From: Trichoplax adhaerens
Lineage: Eukaryota > Animalia > Placozoa
Direction of reading: 5' to 3'
NCBI RefSeq assembly: GCF_000150275.1
Contig: NW_002060975.1
Location: 351,502 to 415,501 of the forward strand
DNA: 64,000 nucleotides
The number at the start of each line of letters is the position of its first letter. The first letter of the stretch is position 1. Shown here in pieces: positions 1 to 13,251 of this stretch. The notes under the pieces are model-generated. The model was not told where the DNA came from and did not search any database. It worked only from the letters and a program-made list of their open reading frames with translations. A program made the translations under genes and the position numbers.

Positions 1-3000
1 TGACTACCTGTAAAACCACAGTCGAGTTCATCACTACCATCGGAACAATCTGTAACATGATTACAAACCGATGCCTTAGGAATGCATCCACCACTCAGAC
101 AAGCAAAACTGTTAGAACCGCACGATGATGGAGTACTCGTTCCAGACGGTTGAGTTGTAGCTTAAATTCAAATATACATATTGACCACATTACATAAGTG
201 TAATTTACTCAAAATTGAAATAATAATACAAAATCTTGGTAGCTGTAATACAGTTCACGCTTACGACAATTAGCTTCATCTGAAGAATCTGGAATAAAAA
301 ATCCTTGGCAGTCTACTACCCCATCACAAACATACGACAACGGAATACAAAATTTAGTAACTTTGCATTTAAACTGGTTACTTCCACATTGGCTGGATTG
401 AGTAGTAGGAGCTGCTGTTGTTGTGGTGGCTAGAAACAATTTATAATATCGTTCATTATCGAAATTATAAGAAACAAACGGCAGTAATTTCATTGTCTAT
501 GCAACAAGAGCATAGTGAAACTTACTGTTGCAATTCTTTTCATCACTGCTATCCCCACAATCCGCGATTCCGTCACACCGCCAAATATTCGGAATGCATT
601 CGCCATTATTACATACGAATTGGTTTATTGTACATGGTTTTGGAGCTAAACAGGTTTTATATTAAAGGAATCAGTTCATCAATCAACATTGCTACCAAGC
701 TATTGATAATGATAGCTATAACTATAGCCATCTTAAATACTTCTTTAACGTTGTGCATCAATGATTAATCGGCGATTATTTTAGATTGGTACTTACTGCA
801 TTTCTTGGGTTCATCCGAATTATCTCCACAATCATTAAATTTATCGCAAAAAAATGTCTTGGGAATACAAGCGCCATTCTTACAACGAAATTCACTTGAC
901 TTACAAGAATCTTAGTAGCAAAAAAATAAATTCCAGAGTATTAATTTCAGTGTCATGATGATAATACATGTAATTACATGCTAGAGACGATTGTAGTTAC
1001 GAATGATGATAACTTACGAGAACTAACGCAATACTTTTCATCACTATTGTCGTAGCAATCATTATCTCCATCGCAAACGTAAGACTTCCTAATACAACGC
1101 TTATTATTGCATCTAAATTCATCACTGGTACAATTCGGACGAACTGAAATAGAAATGAAAATTGCCATCAGAAAGCCATTCATAAGATAGAAAAGAAGTT
1201 CCAGCTAATCCTGGGCTTTGACGGTTTCTATTAATATAGGAGTGAGGAAATTAAATACCGCAATTTAATTCATCGGATCCATCACGACAGTCCTTTATAA
1301 AATCGCACTTCCTGAAATTACTTATGCAACGTCCATCAGAGCAAGTAAATTGCCACGACGCACACGTTTGGAAAGAACACCCTAACATTTACAATCAGAT
1401 TCATAAACTAAATTAGGTAATTTGATAAAGTAAACGCAATTTGGCAAACGTAATAAAGGTATCCTGCAGTAAAAAGGGTCATTATTAATTAACCGAAATT
1501 TCAGAATTCTTGACAATGACATTTTCGTTAATTACAAATAGTATCAAAGTACAGCATATGAGGATGTTCTTTATACTGATCAATTGCAGAGCATGCACTA
1601 CTAAAATGTAGTATTTATAGCTTATCGTAAATTCGAAAAGACATGAATATTTCAGTAAATCAGGCAAGTAAAGAGAACTCTTTCTCTAATGAAATAAAAT
1701 TACCTAATTCGTCTGAATTATCACCACAATCGTTATCATGATCGCAATGCCAAGACTTTGGTATACATTTGTGATTGTTACAGGTAAATTGATTAGATTT
1801 GCAGCTACTTGAATTAGCTGTAAAAGTTAAAATGAAAAGATTGTTACTTAATGGTATTACTGTATACAGTGTAGGTAAGGCATACTTGCAGAACAGAATC
1901 CACCAGGTTGCAAGACTTCTCCGCTTTCACATACGCAAGTCATTTTACCATTACTAGTTATAGTTTTAGCGTTGTCAGGACACAGACATACGTGACCATT
2001 ATTTGGTAACGGTGCACATAAGTGGGAACATCCACCGTTGTTGTTAGCACAACCATTAGTCCCTGATTAACAATAAAAAACTTAAATATACCATTCTAAA
2101 TAATGACATTTCCATAAAACTTCAAAATTTTAAATTCCAATAGATACAATAAACTTAATATACATCATATGTTTTAACAGCATACGTTTTAACATTCTGT
2201 TAAACTATTGCAACTTTCAATCTAAGGGTATCGATTTACTATTACAGTAACAACTCGCCTATATTTGCATTTTGTAGCAATATTTCTTTTGCCTATACCT
2301 GTTTGAGAAGCTTGCCGAAAAGCCTTAACATCGGTTAAGTAAGTCAAAGAACTAGCAATAACTTTCACATTTCCTCCGTTATTATTTGCTTGGAAAATTT
2401 TCTTTAATTCTGAATCCGCCCAATAAATGCTATCCTTAAACACAGCTATGGCAGTAGGGTATGTAACATTGGAAGTTATTATTGTTCGTCTACTGTGTCC
2501 TTGCGATGTTGCCGTTTCAATAATATGGCGAGTTTTGTCAGTCCAATAAAGCTGCTGTCGCGCAATATCAAGAGCCAAACCAGAAGGATAACCGAGATTT
2601 GACTGAACTATAGTAGTAATCCCAGTGCCATCCATGTTAGCTCGCATTATAGAAGGCTTATTGTTTACATTGGTCCAGTATAGATATCTGTTTAGTTTAC
2701 AATATAAACGTTAAAACATGCTACATATTCATTTGTACTATTTACAAGCAGCATCTGAAAGGCTATGAAAAGTATTCAAATAGTTATAATTTATTCTTAA
2801 GGCGTAGTATTAAAATCTTCAAAGTTATATTATTCACCCTCTAGCTGGATCTAAAATCAATGATTCAGCGTTATCCATGTTAGTTGTAAGCAGAGTGCGA
2901 CGATTTGTACCATCTTTCTTTGCTACTGATAACTCTTTTCGCTTCTGGTCTATCCAGTAAATATTATTCGATATCCAATCTAAAGCCATACCACCGACCT

Positions 3001-6000
3001 ATCCGGAAAGATTTCGATAGTAAGTTAATCCTTCGATTTACATGGGCTTATTAAAATGTGTTTATGCTTAATTTTATATTTTTGTCACTAGCTGCAGCTT
3101 TTACGATTTTAAATCTAACCTGCGCAATTTTAGTGGAAACAATTACTTCTGGCCAACCAGTACCATTCAAGTACATTCGCCTAATTGAAGGTGTTTGACC
3201 ATTTTCGCCCCAATATAAACAGTTTTGGCTAAAGTCGTAATCAATGAAACTTACACCAATTAAATTAATTGGTAAGGTTTCGGCAATACTGGCACCAAAT
3301 CGGAAACGTCCGATGCTAAACCTCTGAGAAAATAAGAGAAACTCGGACAATTCTGTCGAATTTCAAGAGAAAAATATTGGTTTAAAATTGTAACGTAATA
3401 CTAATAGGTATAATATTAAAGTAGCTCCTAGCGTTTTACTTGCAACCGGGCATAAAGTCTTTTGTGGTCCGATAGTATTTTCTACACCTCCAAAACAAGT
3501 ATCGTCCGCAATTTTTCGATATCTAATCATAACCAGATGTAGTTAACTTGTAGTAATTAGTGCATTAATATGAGAAATAACAATGTATGGCTGTATGTAG
3601 CAAACATACCCTCTTGTTCTGTAGTAAAACGAGCCCTCTGGGCAAGAAACTGGTATTTGAGGTGGTTGCGCCAGCGAAGCAGATAAAAAGCAATTTCCAG
3701 TGAAGAACGAATGGTAATAGCCTTCATCGCTAAAAAAAATAGTAATGAATGTAAGAAACTAATAATTACAGTCAAAAATATTTGGCAAATATAATAAATA
3801 ATAAATTTTATAAAGAACCCGATCCGTATTACCATTCAAAGTCATCGCGTATACACGTGCAATTTTGAACACTGATTGGTCTGTCATAGTTTCGTCCATT
3901 GTAACATCGGCTTTTAGTTTTACGACGCTCATATGTCATTTTCCTGCCAAGTACACACTTCGTACCTGGAGCACCATCTAATTTATCAGATGGTACCCAT
4001 TTCTTATAATCGTTTAATGTACATGATCTTCCTAGCACATTTTTCATATCTATCTGAACTATAGTCCATTCATGATGTCCAACCGGTGATCCAACAATGG
4101 TAAAAACTGTTGTTTGCTCACCAGGCTCGGTGGTTAAACCATATGGCAACATTGCAGTACTATTAAAGATGTAAGTTGACCAAGATTCTCCTTCATCCCA
4201 ACTATAGCTAATTATTTAAATAACGGAAATCATCAATTAAAGTATTTAATAAGCAGGATTAGCTATAAGCAAAAATTAGAGAAGATTTAATCACAAGAAA
4301 TAGATATTTAATTACTTACTAGATAACATTCGTGATATAATACCGTCTTACTGCCGCAATAAGTCCGCCATGGTCAGCTACAGCGAACATAAATTGCCCT
4401 TTCATAGCCTGTAAAGTAAAACCAAACAGACAATATTATGGCGGTGCTTATTACATGGGGTATGTATATAAACAGACCTCTCTCCAATCGAATCCTCCAT
4501 CTGTTGAAATATACATGCTTATGTTTCTCGATGTTAAATTTGCACCGACACTTCCGTGTCCAAGTATAAAACCAGGAGCTGAGGCTGAAGTATAAACTGC
4601 GCTCGGAAATGGAGATTGATAGTACGCAGTGTAGCGCAGTCCTAGATGTAACGAGCAACTCTAAAACGATACGTTTTAAAACATGAGACAAAATGATCGC
4701 AATAAGGATAAACTATGAATCAAGAAAGACATATATTCTACCAACTATGTTGCTAAATCATTACTCTAGAAAGTCACAAATTTCATGCATTTGTAATTAC
4801 AGACATGATATAAGAAAGTACGTAGCATTAATATTACATTTAATTATTATAGTTAGACTGTATTCAATGAAATACTAAAACACCATTGTTTATAGTAACA
4901 TGAATTTAGGTACAGATAATACCTCACAGTATACTCTATAACAGAAGAAATTAAATACTACCGTACTTTAGATGAATTTGAAATGCAAGCTGGATATGAA
5001 TTGCCGTTAGAATCGGTAGCTGGAGGTTTAATGGATTTCCATTTAGCCCCATTATTATAAGTAATTAATGTGGTAATGTAGATAAAATTTTGGGAATCGG
5101 GCTTCGTGAGCTGCGTTGCAACGTAGACTCCTAATAAACCCTTCAATTTGGTTATATCGGCAAATAAGGGACTTCTCCTGTTTAAATATAAAGATTCTTG
5201 CTAAGATCATATGTACTCGTATTCAATATGCGATATTAAGTTATCGATCATATATTACTGTAGATAACGCTATTTTGATATTAAGTAAACTTACAAATCA
5301 TATTTATGAACAGGTGGGGTGGCATGTAAGAAAGGATTAAAATATAATACGCGCTGCAGTGATAACGTATACTGTAAGCCTGAAGCATCGGAAATATATA
5401 AATCCATCCCTTTATGATTGTTATCAACAACAACAAGCACTTGATCCGTAGTAGAATCAACAATGAAATAATCCTAATAATATCGAGAAAAAATAGCACG
5501 TTCAGAAAAATTGATATTTTCAGATTGATATTTACAACTTTTACATACCTGGTTCTTATGATTTTTTAAGGGAAAGTTTGCAATCTGGAGTGCACCACGA
5601 TTCTTAGATACCAAAAGATCGAGAAATCCACGTTTCTAAATAGTATAAACGGGATAGATTATTAGCTAGAATAACATGAACTTTGATAAATTAATTGATA
5701 TATGCAAAATTATAGAAAGTACCGCTATCATCAAAACTTACGTTAGATTTAACCACAAAAATGTAAGAACCTTGCATATATAATTCTGTGCCATTTGTCG
5801 CTAGTACCGTTCGCTTAATTCCAGTTTGAAATATGAAATCAAGTTTAATCATTGTCGCTAGGCCACCTTAAAAACATACAATTTCATACAATTACGGCAT
5901 GTCATAACAAGTACTGAATGGAATAGCAACGTTTTAGCATGAAAGCAAAATGTTCTATTTTTGATTACGTTCGCAATGAGATGCTTTATAAACGGTTAAG

Positions 6001-9000
6001 ATACAGTATATTATATTATTCGAGGAGATTGTTGTGGTTGTACTGTGGATAATATTACTGAAAATGCTTAATCTTGACATGTGTAACATTCTAGAATTAG
6101 TTATTGGACACTGACTTAATTACGATATAATTAAGCTCGAATACACTACCTATATCTTGACGCTCTAAAAATACAGTTTGAGATGGATCCATATTTGGTT
6201 TGCCCCTATTAGTATTAAAGTAATCAGTCAAACTTTAGCACTAAAGAATAATGAACAAGTACAATAGCAAGTAGAGCAAGAACAGTTTAAATTCGCATTT
6301 TTTTAAGCTAAAGTAAATTAATTAAAGGTGCACTACTATTCTTACTATTATGTCATGCGAGGCTACTGTTGTACGGTCATAGCTATTACCGTATACAGCA
6401 TATGTAGTAAGACTTGATTACCATGAAATATAATTAAAAAATGAAGAACTCACCAATAAAAGGCTTTAATGTTGACGTCAAGTAACTTCCATGTAGTTCC
6501 AAAGTCATTTGAAGCATAAAGCTATAAAAAATGCATGAAATAACAATTATCAACACCGTCAAAAGCATTATTGATTAGAAACATTTCCGAAATGGAACTC
6601 CGATCGACTGATTTTAGTTGCTAATGTTATATTTCGTTCTTTACCTTATTGTTATCACTGGTGTCAAGAGCTAAGACGTAATCCGCAACAGATGGATGGG
6701 GTACAATTCTATACGCTTTGAAAGTAATCTTAATCGGTAAGACTGATTGACCTTCATCAAAGGTAACGAATAGGTATTTATGGGCGACATCAGCAAAAAT
6801 TTTCTAATAATAGCAAATTAATGATAATATTAGTCAATCACATTTAGAATATAAATACACGAAATGATAAAGTAAAGTCAGTTATTCTTTCTTTTTATCT
6901 TTAATATCACTTTGTATCCCTTTTAGCTGTTAAAATGACTGCAAATGATTTGATTAAATACTGAATTGATACTTTACAGACGTGGATCAAAGTGACGATT
7001 CACAAATTATAAACTTGTTACACTAACAATCTTATTTCATTCATTACGTAGTGATGACAATACCGCATATCGTCTATCTGCTATACGTACGAGTACATGT
7101 ACTTACGCGTCTGAAATCAATAGGGCTGGTGTAAAAATTGTCTACCGAAGACGGATTGCCATTCAGCAAGCGAAAGTCAGTAGTACGATTAACAAAGGTC
7201 TTTCCATAATTAGTAGAAATATAGATTCGACTATAGCTCGTATTGCTGAAAAAATTGTCACCAGTTACCACAATAATGGTACCACTTCCCTGACCGGACC
7301 AGTGAATAATCAATCGATGCGTTGAATCTTTCAAATTGGCCTGGAAAGATGTAAGTAATCCAATTAGGTTTAGATACATTGCAAGAGTAGTTTTCTAACT
7401 TTTCACAATCCAGTATGTTCATGATCTTATCATTATCTATCATATCAGTAGGTAAAACTATGATATAATCTATATTATAATATTAAAGTTATGATCTTGT
7501 AATCTATACAAGATTTAACTCATAGATCAAAGAGGTTTATTAATCAGAAGTAGCCTTTACCGACATTCTTGCATAATATGGACTATACATATTGTTAAAA
7601 TTGAATATTACGCGTATATTTGAATATGACATGATCTATCAGGTCATCTGTGAAGGACCGTTAGCTAATCAAAGCTTCTACTAATTTGATACACTGCATG
7701 TACAGTGGTATTCTCTCTTACTTTGTCTGCAGCTATCAATGTTAACATTGTCTGGCATTATAATTAGTAATATTGTATAACGTGGATGAAAATTTTAAAA
7801 CAGTCCATAGTGTTGAAGCCTTACATACACATAACAGTCAACTTGTATACAGTCTATGTCAAGTTTATCTTCTATTCAGAGTCTTGTAACTTAATGATAT
7901 TGTTTTTTCTTCTTGTAAACTAGCCACTACGTGATTGACAACTCTATTCTTTATTCACTTCCTGTGGTGGCGTAGTCTCGTTAACCTTGCCTGGTGTGTA
8001 CAGTCATGGTACAGCGCAAGGAAGCAGTCTTTTATGATCAATTTTTGAGTTTCAACAAGCTGTATAAATAAATATTAAGTATCTGTAAAGCTACCTTACT
8101 GAATGTATCGATCGATTTGTTCTACATACTAGAAACTACCTGTTCAGTTCAACATTAAACGAGCAATTGATAACTATGTACAGTAGAGTCTACAGTCGTT
8201 GCCAATCGATGAAGGCACACGAGTGCAAACAGCTATCGTAGATATCGAACTGTACTGTCCTGATCATGAACAACACTTTCCATCGGTATCAATTAATGGC
8301 AAGAAGATGATCCAAACAGCATATCGATTGCATGATTTCACGCCTTTGATCCAACATACTATCGACTCCATCTTTCAGTGTAGTGCTATCGATTTTTGTT
8401 TATTTATATCGACTTTTGTTTAGAAAAGGAGGTTCGTCTATCTATTCCCTTCGTTACTGGAAAATTTCTTTTTAGCTAGTAACTCTTGTTTTGACTACAG
8501 TAAATACTCGATCAAGTTGATACGATTGCTATTAACGTTATAGTCTCTGCCGTACACCATGATCAAGGCATGCTACTGATCGTTGTAGTTAGTGCAAAGC
8601 TCCGCAGATCTTCATAACAGTTCACACCTTGCTTGTATCAATAAATTAATCATGAATACTTTACTGGTAATGGATGGTCTTCACCTTAACAGTAAATTGA
8701 CTCTTGCTTACTTTCAAGCCAAATGTGGACTAACTCGACAGTAACAGACAGCTATTACAAACAAGTATTCCATGCAGATACTTTTCTATTACGTAGAAGG
8801 AATTATTTGCTCATCTCTACCTGGTTTGCCTCCATTATTGACTGCTATACAGCCTTCAAAAATTCCCACATCGGGCAAAATAATTGTGCTACAGTACAAA
8901 TCACTCTGGGAGGATCCGCCCAATACGCCATACTATCCAGCACTTTACAGTGTAGAGTACTGCATTTCAGCCACAGTATCATGCACGGTGATGTCATGAC

Positions 9001-9981
9001 TTGCGCAGCACAGTACTAACTACTGACTGCAATCGTGCAATGGTGCGCTTATCGTGATGGAGAGAACTGAAAGTTTACTGTCATCATGCAATTATTGGTG
9101 CATCATCAACAGTGCAAATAGAAACAAATTTGAGCTAAGGTATATGGGTTGGGGTACTACTATGTTTTCGTCTTGTATTTGGGAATTGAAAAATATTTCA
9201 TCACCATCGTCTAACACAGTAGCACCAATTCAATTTATCCATGGATAATAATTATTGAACTGTGGGTAGAGAGGACATGGAAATCAATTCGATACAGAAA
9301 GGGCTTCTTGTGATTGAGAATAGAAGGAAAGAGGCCTTGAAAGCGATCATCAACACGATCCACTACTATTACAAAATAACTCAGCGATTTCGCGTTACTA
9401 TAGTGTAAAACTGTTGTTCGATCTCTCACTACAACGATGTTGAAGAAAAATAGCATCATAGTTCAGCAAGAATAAAGTGTATTGATTACAGCAGACAACA
9501 ACGAGACATGTATACTTATTGCTACTTCACGAGCCGTTACAGTAGATAAACAGTCAGTGATGATGATCATTTTTGCTGACATCAAGTGCAACGCTTAAAA
9601 GACTCATCATGGCACATATTCGATAACAGCATAGTACAGTACTGTCATTTCATGGTGGTATCATAAAGACTTTGATCGCGTTTGATGATTTCATCATGCA
9701 TTAAGGTTAAGTGAACTTACCACCGATGTACCATTGGGGGCAGGAGGCGGTGCAGTATTGGCTCTTTTAATCCGCTCTTTGGAATGGAAAACTTGCTTTA
9801 CAGCTTCCTTTATTGGAATCTTCTTGGGCAGGGTGATTTGGTAAAAGTTCTGCCGTTCAGTCACCACTGTATGAGCAGGTAACTGTTGGTTATTTTCTGC
9901 GTTGAAGACGAACGAATCGTCCTTCGCAAAGGCTAGCAGGATAAAAGCGGAAAATATCAGAAACAGCTTCATTAGTGCCAT
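1..9981 (-). CDS. SORL1: Sortilin-related receptor (SorLA/LR11), 5' portion; multi-exon, continues beyond the left window edge
   Basis: Exon 1 (9981-9721) encodes a signal peptide [19 protein letters not shown] and a furin-type site RIKR, ending at a GTAAGT donor. Exon 2 (7340-7107) and following exons encode VPS10 repeats ([19 protein letters not shown]) and the 10CC region ([13 protein letters not shown]...CYNGRNY...[10 protein letters not shown]). Then come YWTD-type propeller repeats (LYWGE, IYWID, LYWTD, IYWAD; about 3350-2300), an EGF module (about 2060-1886) and at least 7 LDLa exons (1818-1). VPS10+YWTD+EGF+LDLa is the diagnostic SorLA architecture. Confidence 0.95.
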
Positions 9982-10049
9982 TACTTAATTTCCTAGCTTG
10001 ATTATTATAATTTTGAAAGGCTGAACGAATGATGTCAACTTCAATAGTT

Positions 10050-10400
10050 AGTACGTGATATACGCGAACTGTACTGTACGTCCATACAGTCCGGTATACA
10101 CTACTGCAGTAGTGTACATACAGTACATACAGTAGCACTGTACTGTATGATGAACACGACAGTAAATGTACAATTGTACACTAAAATGTACAGCACAGGG
10201 TTAGGGTTCGGATTTTGTACAGTACACAGGCAGACTACTAAGTACTGTACACTGTACAAATCGAAAACAAGACACGGTACTGGGCAGACCTGAGTATCGA
10301 AAATGACATAGTGTTCCTCATCAAATACAGTATTGTACGCGTGTGTAGTGTACGAGTGTGCGTACGGGTAGCGAGTTCTCCAGTACAGTACCCGGTACCA
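10050..10400. promoter_or_regulatory. Putative SORL1 promoter with an ACTGT/ACAGT low-complexity array and a telomere-like AGGGTTAGGGTT (10197-10208)
   Basis: Dense TACTGTAC/GTACAGTA words directly upstream of the SORL1 ATG; AGACCTGAG at about 10286. Function is inferred from position only. Confidence 0.45.
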
Positions 10401-10772
10401 GGTACCAGCAGACGTCTGACGGTCCAGGTTTAAAGTTTACCCTCATTGACTTTAGCGCGTGACCTTTCAAACAGAGTCTGCGTACACGTAGCATTTTTGC
10501 CGCTACGACTGTCATAGGAATAAACAGATACAGTCTATTTGTACAATATGATATAATACAAATACAGTACATAGGTGGATCGGAAGGATACAGTAGTAAT
10601 TTTTTACAGCTACTTCTGACAAAGTAGTATTGTAATAGCAATTGATAACATACTCTTTAGCTAACCGACAATTAAGTTAAACCGAAGTGGAGATCCTCCA
10701 GAAGATCGAGACTTTATCAATAGTGAAGTTAAAGTTTTATAATAGAAATTTTTGTTGAAGCACTCGATGATT

Positions 10773-10862
10773 GTCCCCGTGGCGCAATGGATTAGCGCAT
10801 TGGACTTCTAACGTACTATGGTAGCGATTCAAAGGTTGCGGGTTCGAGTCCCGCCGGGGATG
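10773..10862 (+). tRNA. tRNA-Arg (anticodon UCU) with a 16-nt intron (10811-10826)
   Basis: Acceptor stem GTCCCCG/CGGGGAT plus discriminator G; D-arm GCGC-AATGGATTA-GCGC; anticodon stem TTGGA/TTCAA with loop CT-TCT-A; intron at the canonical 37/38 position; T-loop GGTTCGAGTCC; oligo-T Pol III terminator at about 10868-10875. Confidence 0.97.
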
Positions 10863-13251
10863 ATTAATTTTTTTTCATAGTTACTATAGCTACTTTGCTT
10901 TTCACAGTTTCCATTCCTTTACTCATCGGAGTCTCATCCTCTCAACATTGAATTACAGTCTTTCATTTGTATCAGGGACTGCAAACGTTCAAAATTTTGG
11001 GGGCACTAATTTGCATGCAGTACTGTATGCAGTAGCGTTATTATTGCTACTACTGTGAGATGACACGTAAGTTACAGATGAGAAGGGGTGAAAGAAAGCT
11101 AGCGATCACTATGTGAGTAATCACGTACAGTACTCATATAATACCAGCGTGACAATAAAGAGAAAACGATTTAGTAGTGTATGTCATAATCGAATTAATA
11201 ATTATAATTATCGACAATATGGTTACAACATTCTCCTTGCTACACAGTCCTGTACACTGGGCTACTAGCTGCATTTACAGTACTGTAATTTAGTAATCCA
11301 TAACTGTCCATACTGTATTGAATATACGATACAGCTGCAGTGTACTCACTACATATGACAGTATCGTCCCTTCTGACCTTAATCGTAGAATCTGTACGAT
11401 ATTGACAAGATTCTATGTTAGAAACAGGTAATGTATAAATCGTTTAATGCCAAAAAACGAAGGAACGTTCAATTGCAATAATACAGTAGGTTAATGACCT
11501 TCAAGGGATTACTTGGATTGATCCCGTAAAGATCCAGCAGCAATAAAATGACGTTGACCGATGTCAAGACAAATGCAAGTCAAAACACCTCCAAATCTTC
11601 CCTGAAATTAAACATTTAAAAGCTAATAAATTGGATGATACATCGTTGTAAATAACTTATACTGAAGATAATTGACTGGCTGTGGCTATCATCGATAGTA
11701 CACGAATATGCAACGCAAACTACGAGCACATGGATTTTACAGAGTGCTCGAATCCTGCATTCTTTACTGATACTTTTGATTTCGGGCGTCTTCGCTTGAA
11801 AATTTAGTATCTTCTGTATGTGGTGTTACCATGCACGTTATTGCTTATTTCATTAATAGAATAAAATGATTAACTATTTAAGCCACAGTTTATTGCTAGG
11901 ACGGCAATTAGACACTCGATAATGTGCTACAGTGCCATAGCTCAGTTGTTAATGTTGTAATTTTTTATTCATCGTTTTATTTTCTCCGAAATACTTTGAG
12001 TTGGTCTAACAATTTGTAAAGATAATAAATGTGCAAGTCTACCGGACTATAAATTGACCAATACGATAAACCCTTCGCCTTTTTAAGTCATCTATCTGTG
12101 AATTTCAGCCAGTCAATCAATTTCACTAGATAGGTCCTATATATCATGCTTACCGACATGTAATATAGTGCTAATACGAGTATTAATAGGGTCTATAAGA
12201 ATACAAAAGGTTACCCTGTTAACTGAAATATGATGCAGAATACATTAAGCATCGCATTGTTCACAGTTCAAGTAGACAAGTATGCAGCACTTTAAGGAAT
12301 TCATCTTTTCTTAAGCGGATATATATCAAAAATATTATGAAAGTAAAGATACATACGACGAACGGCAATTAAGGTCTTGCAGCGACTGAGTAAAGGGTAT
12401 AAACATATAAACCATACTATAGATATTGTATCGTAAAAGATGACAGATATTCGCTAGGTGTCGTACTATTTTATAAAATAGCTACTAAGGCACAATTATC
12501 ACTCTACGTATTATTCCTTAATAGTCTTCTACTATGTAATATGTAGACAGTTGCACATAGGTTGAAAGCATATTTATTCATAATGATTTGAGGTTATCTA
12601 TAAAATGAGATCAATTAGTAACTACGTCTACAACACATACAGTATACTAGTATACTATATACCTTACCGGTCAGTCACGAACAATACACCAAATTGGAAT
12701 CATGAACTACGAATACCGCCAGTATGAGTTCTCCTCAAACTATAAGGACAACGAACTAAATCAAGTTGAACAATTTACGATATACAGCAATCAATAGATG
12801 GAGTATAGTAAACACAACGATACCGTGAATACATATTGAATGTGCAATGTAGCATATTGCATCTTGATGCAAAAGTTCGCCATATGCGTACGAAAAGTTA
12901 AAATGTATTGGCAAGATACAGTTTTAGGTAGGAAGGCAATAGGTTGCAGGCAAGCAGTTAATGCTTCATACTTTATCGTAAAACGCATTACTAAATATTT
13001 TATGCATTTACAGCTAGCTATTGGGCTAAATTGCTTTGTTATTCGGGTCATAGACAACAAAACGCGAACTTTGCTTACACTGTACATTGAATATAAGCTC
13101 TTCATGACGCATTCGCTATATGACATAGCACATCTGCGGGATTCATTATGTATAGTTAGCAGTAACTCCAACTTGTAAGGATTCTAACCGTACCATCACT
13201 AATCTACAATTATAGCACATTTAAATTAACAACTTATCAGGGGAATGTACT

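Noticed and set aside
10197-10208. Interstitial telomeric sequence
   Set aside because: Only two TTAGGG-phase units, too short to indicate a telomere remnant; at most a promoter motif.
11498-11603. Exon-like segment on the minus strand with plausible splice sites
   Set aside because: Stops in all three frames and no partner exons identified.
12791-13178. Overlapping 126-aa and 112-aa ORFs on opposite strands
   Set aside because: They lie just downstream of the U2AF1 stop (likely 3' UTR) and have no recognisable domain; probably chance ORFs.
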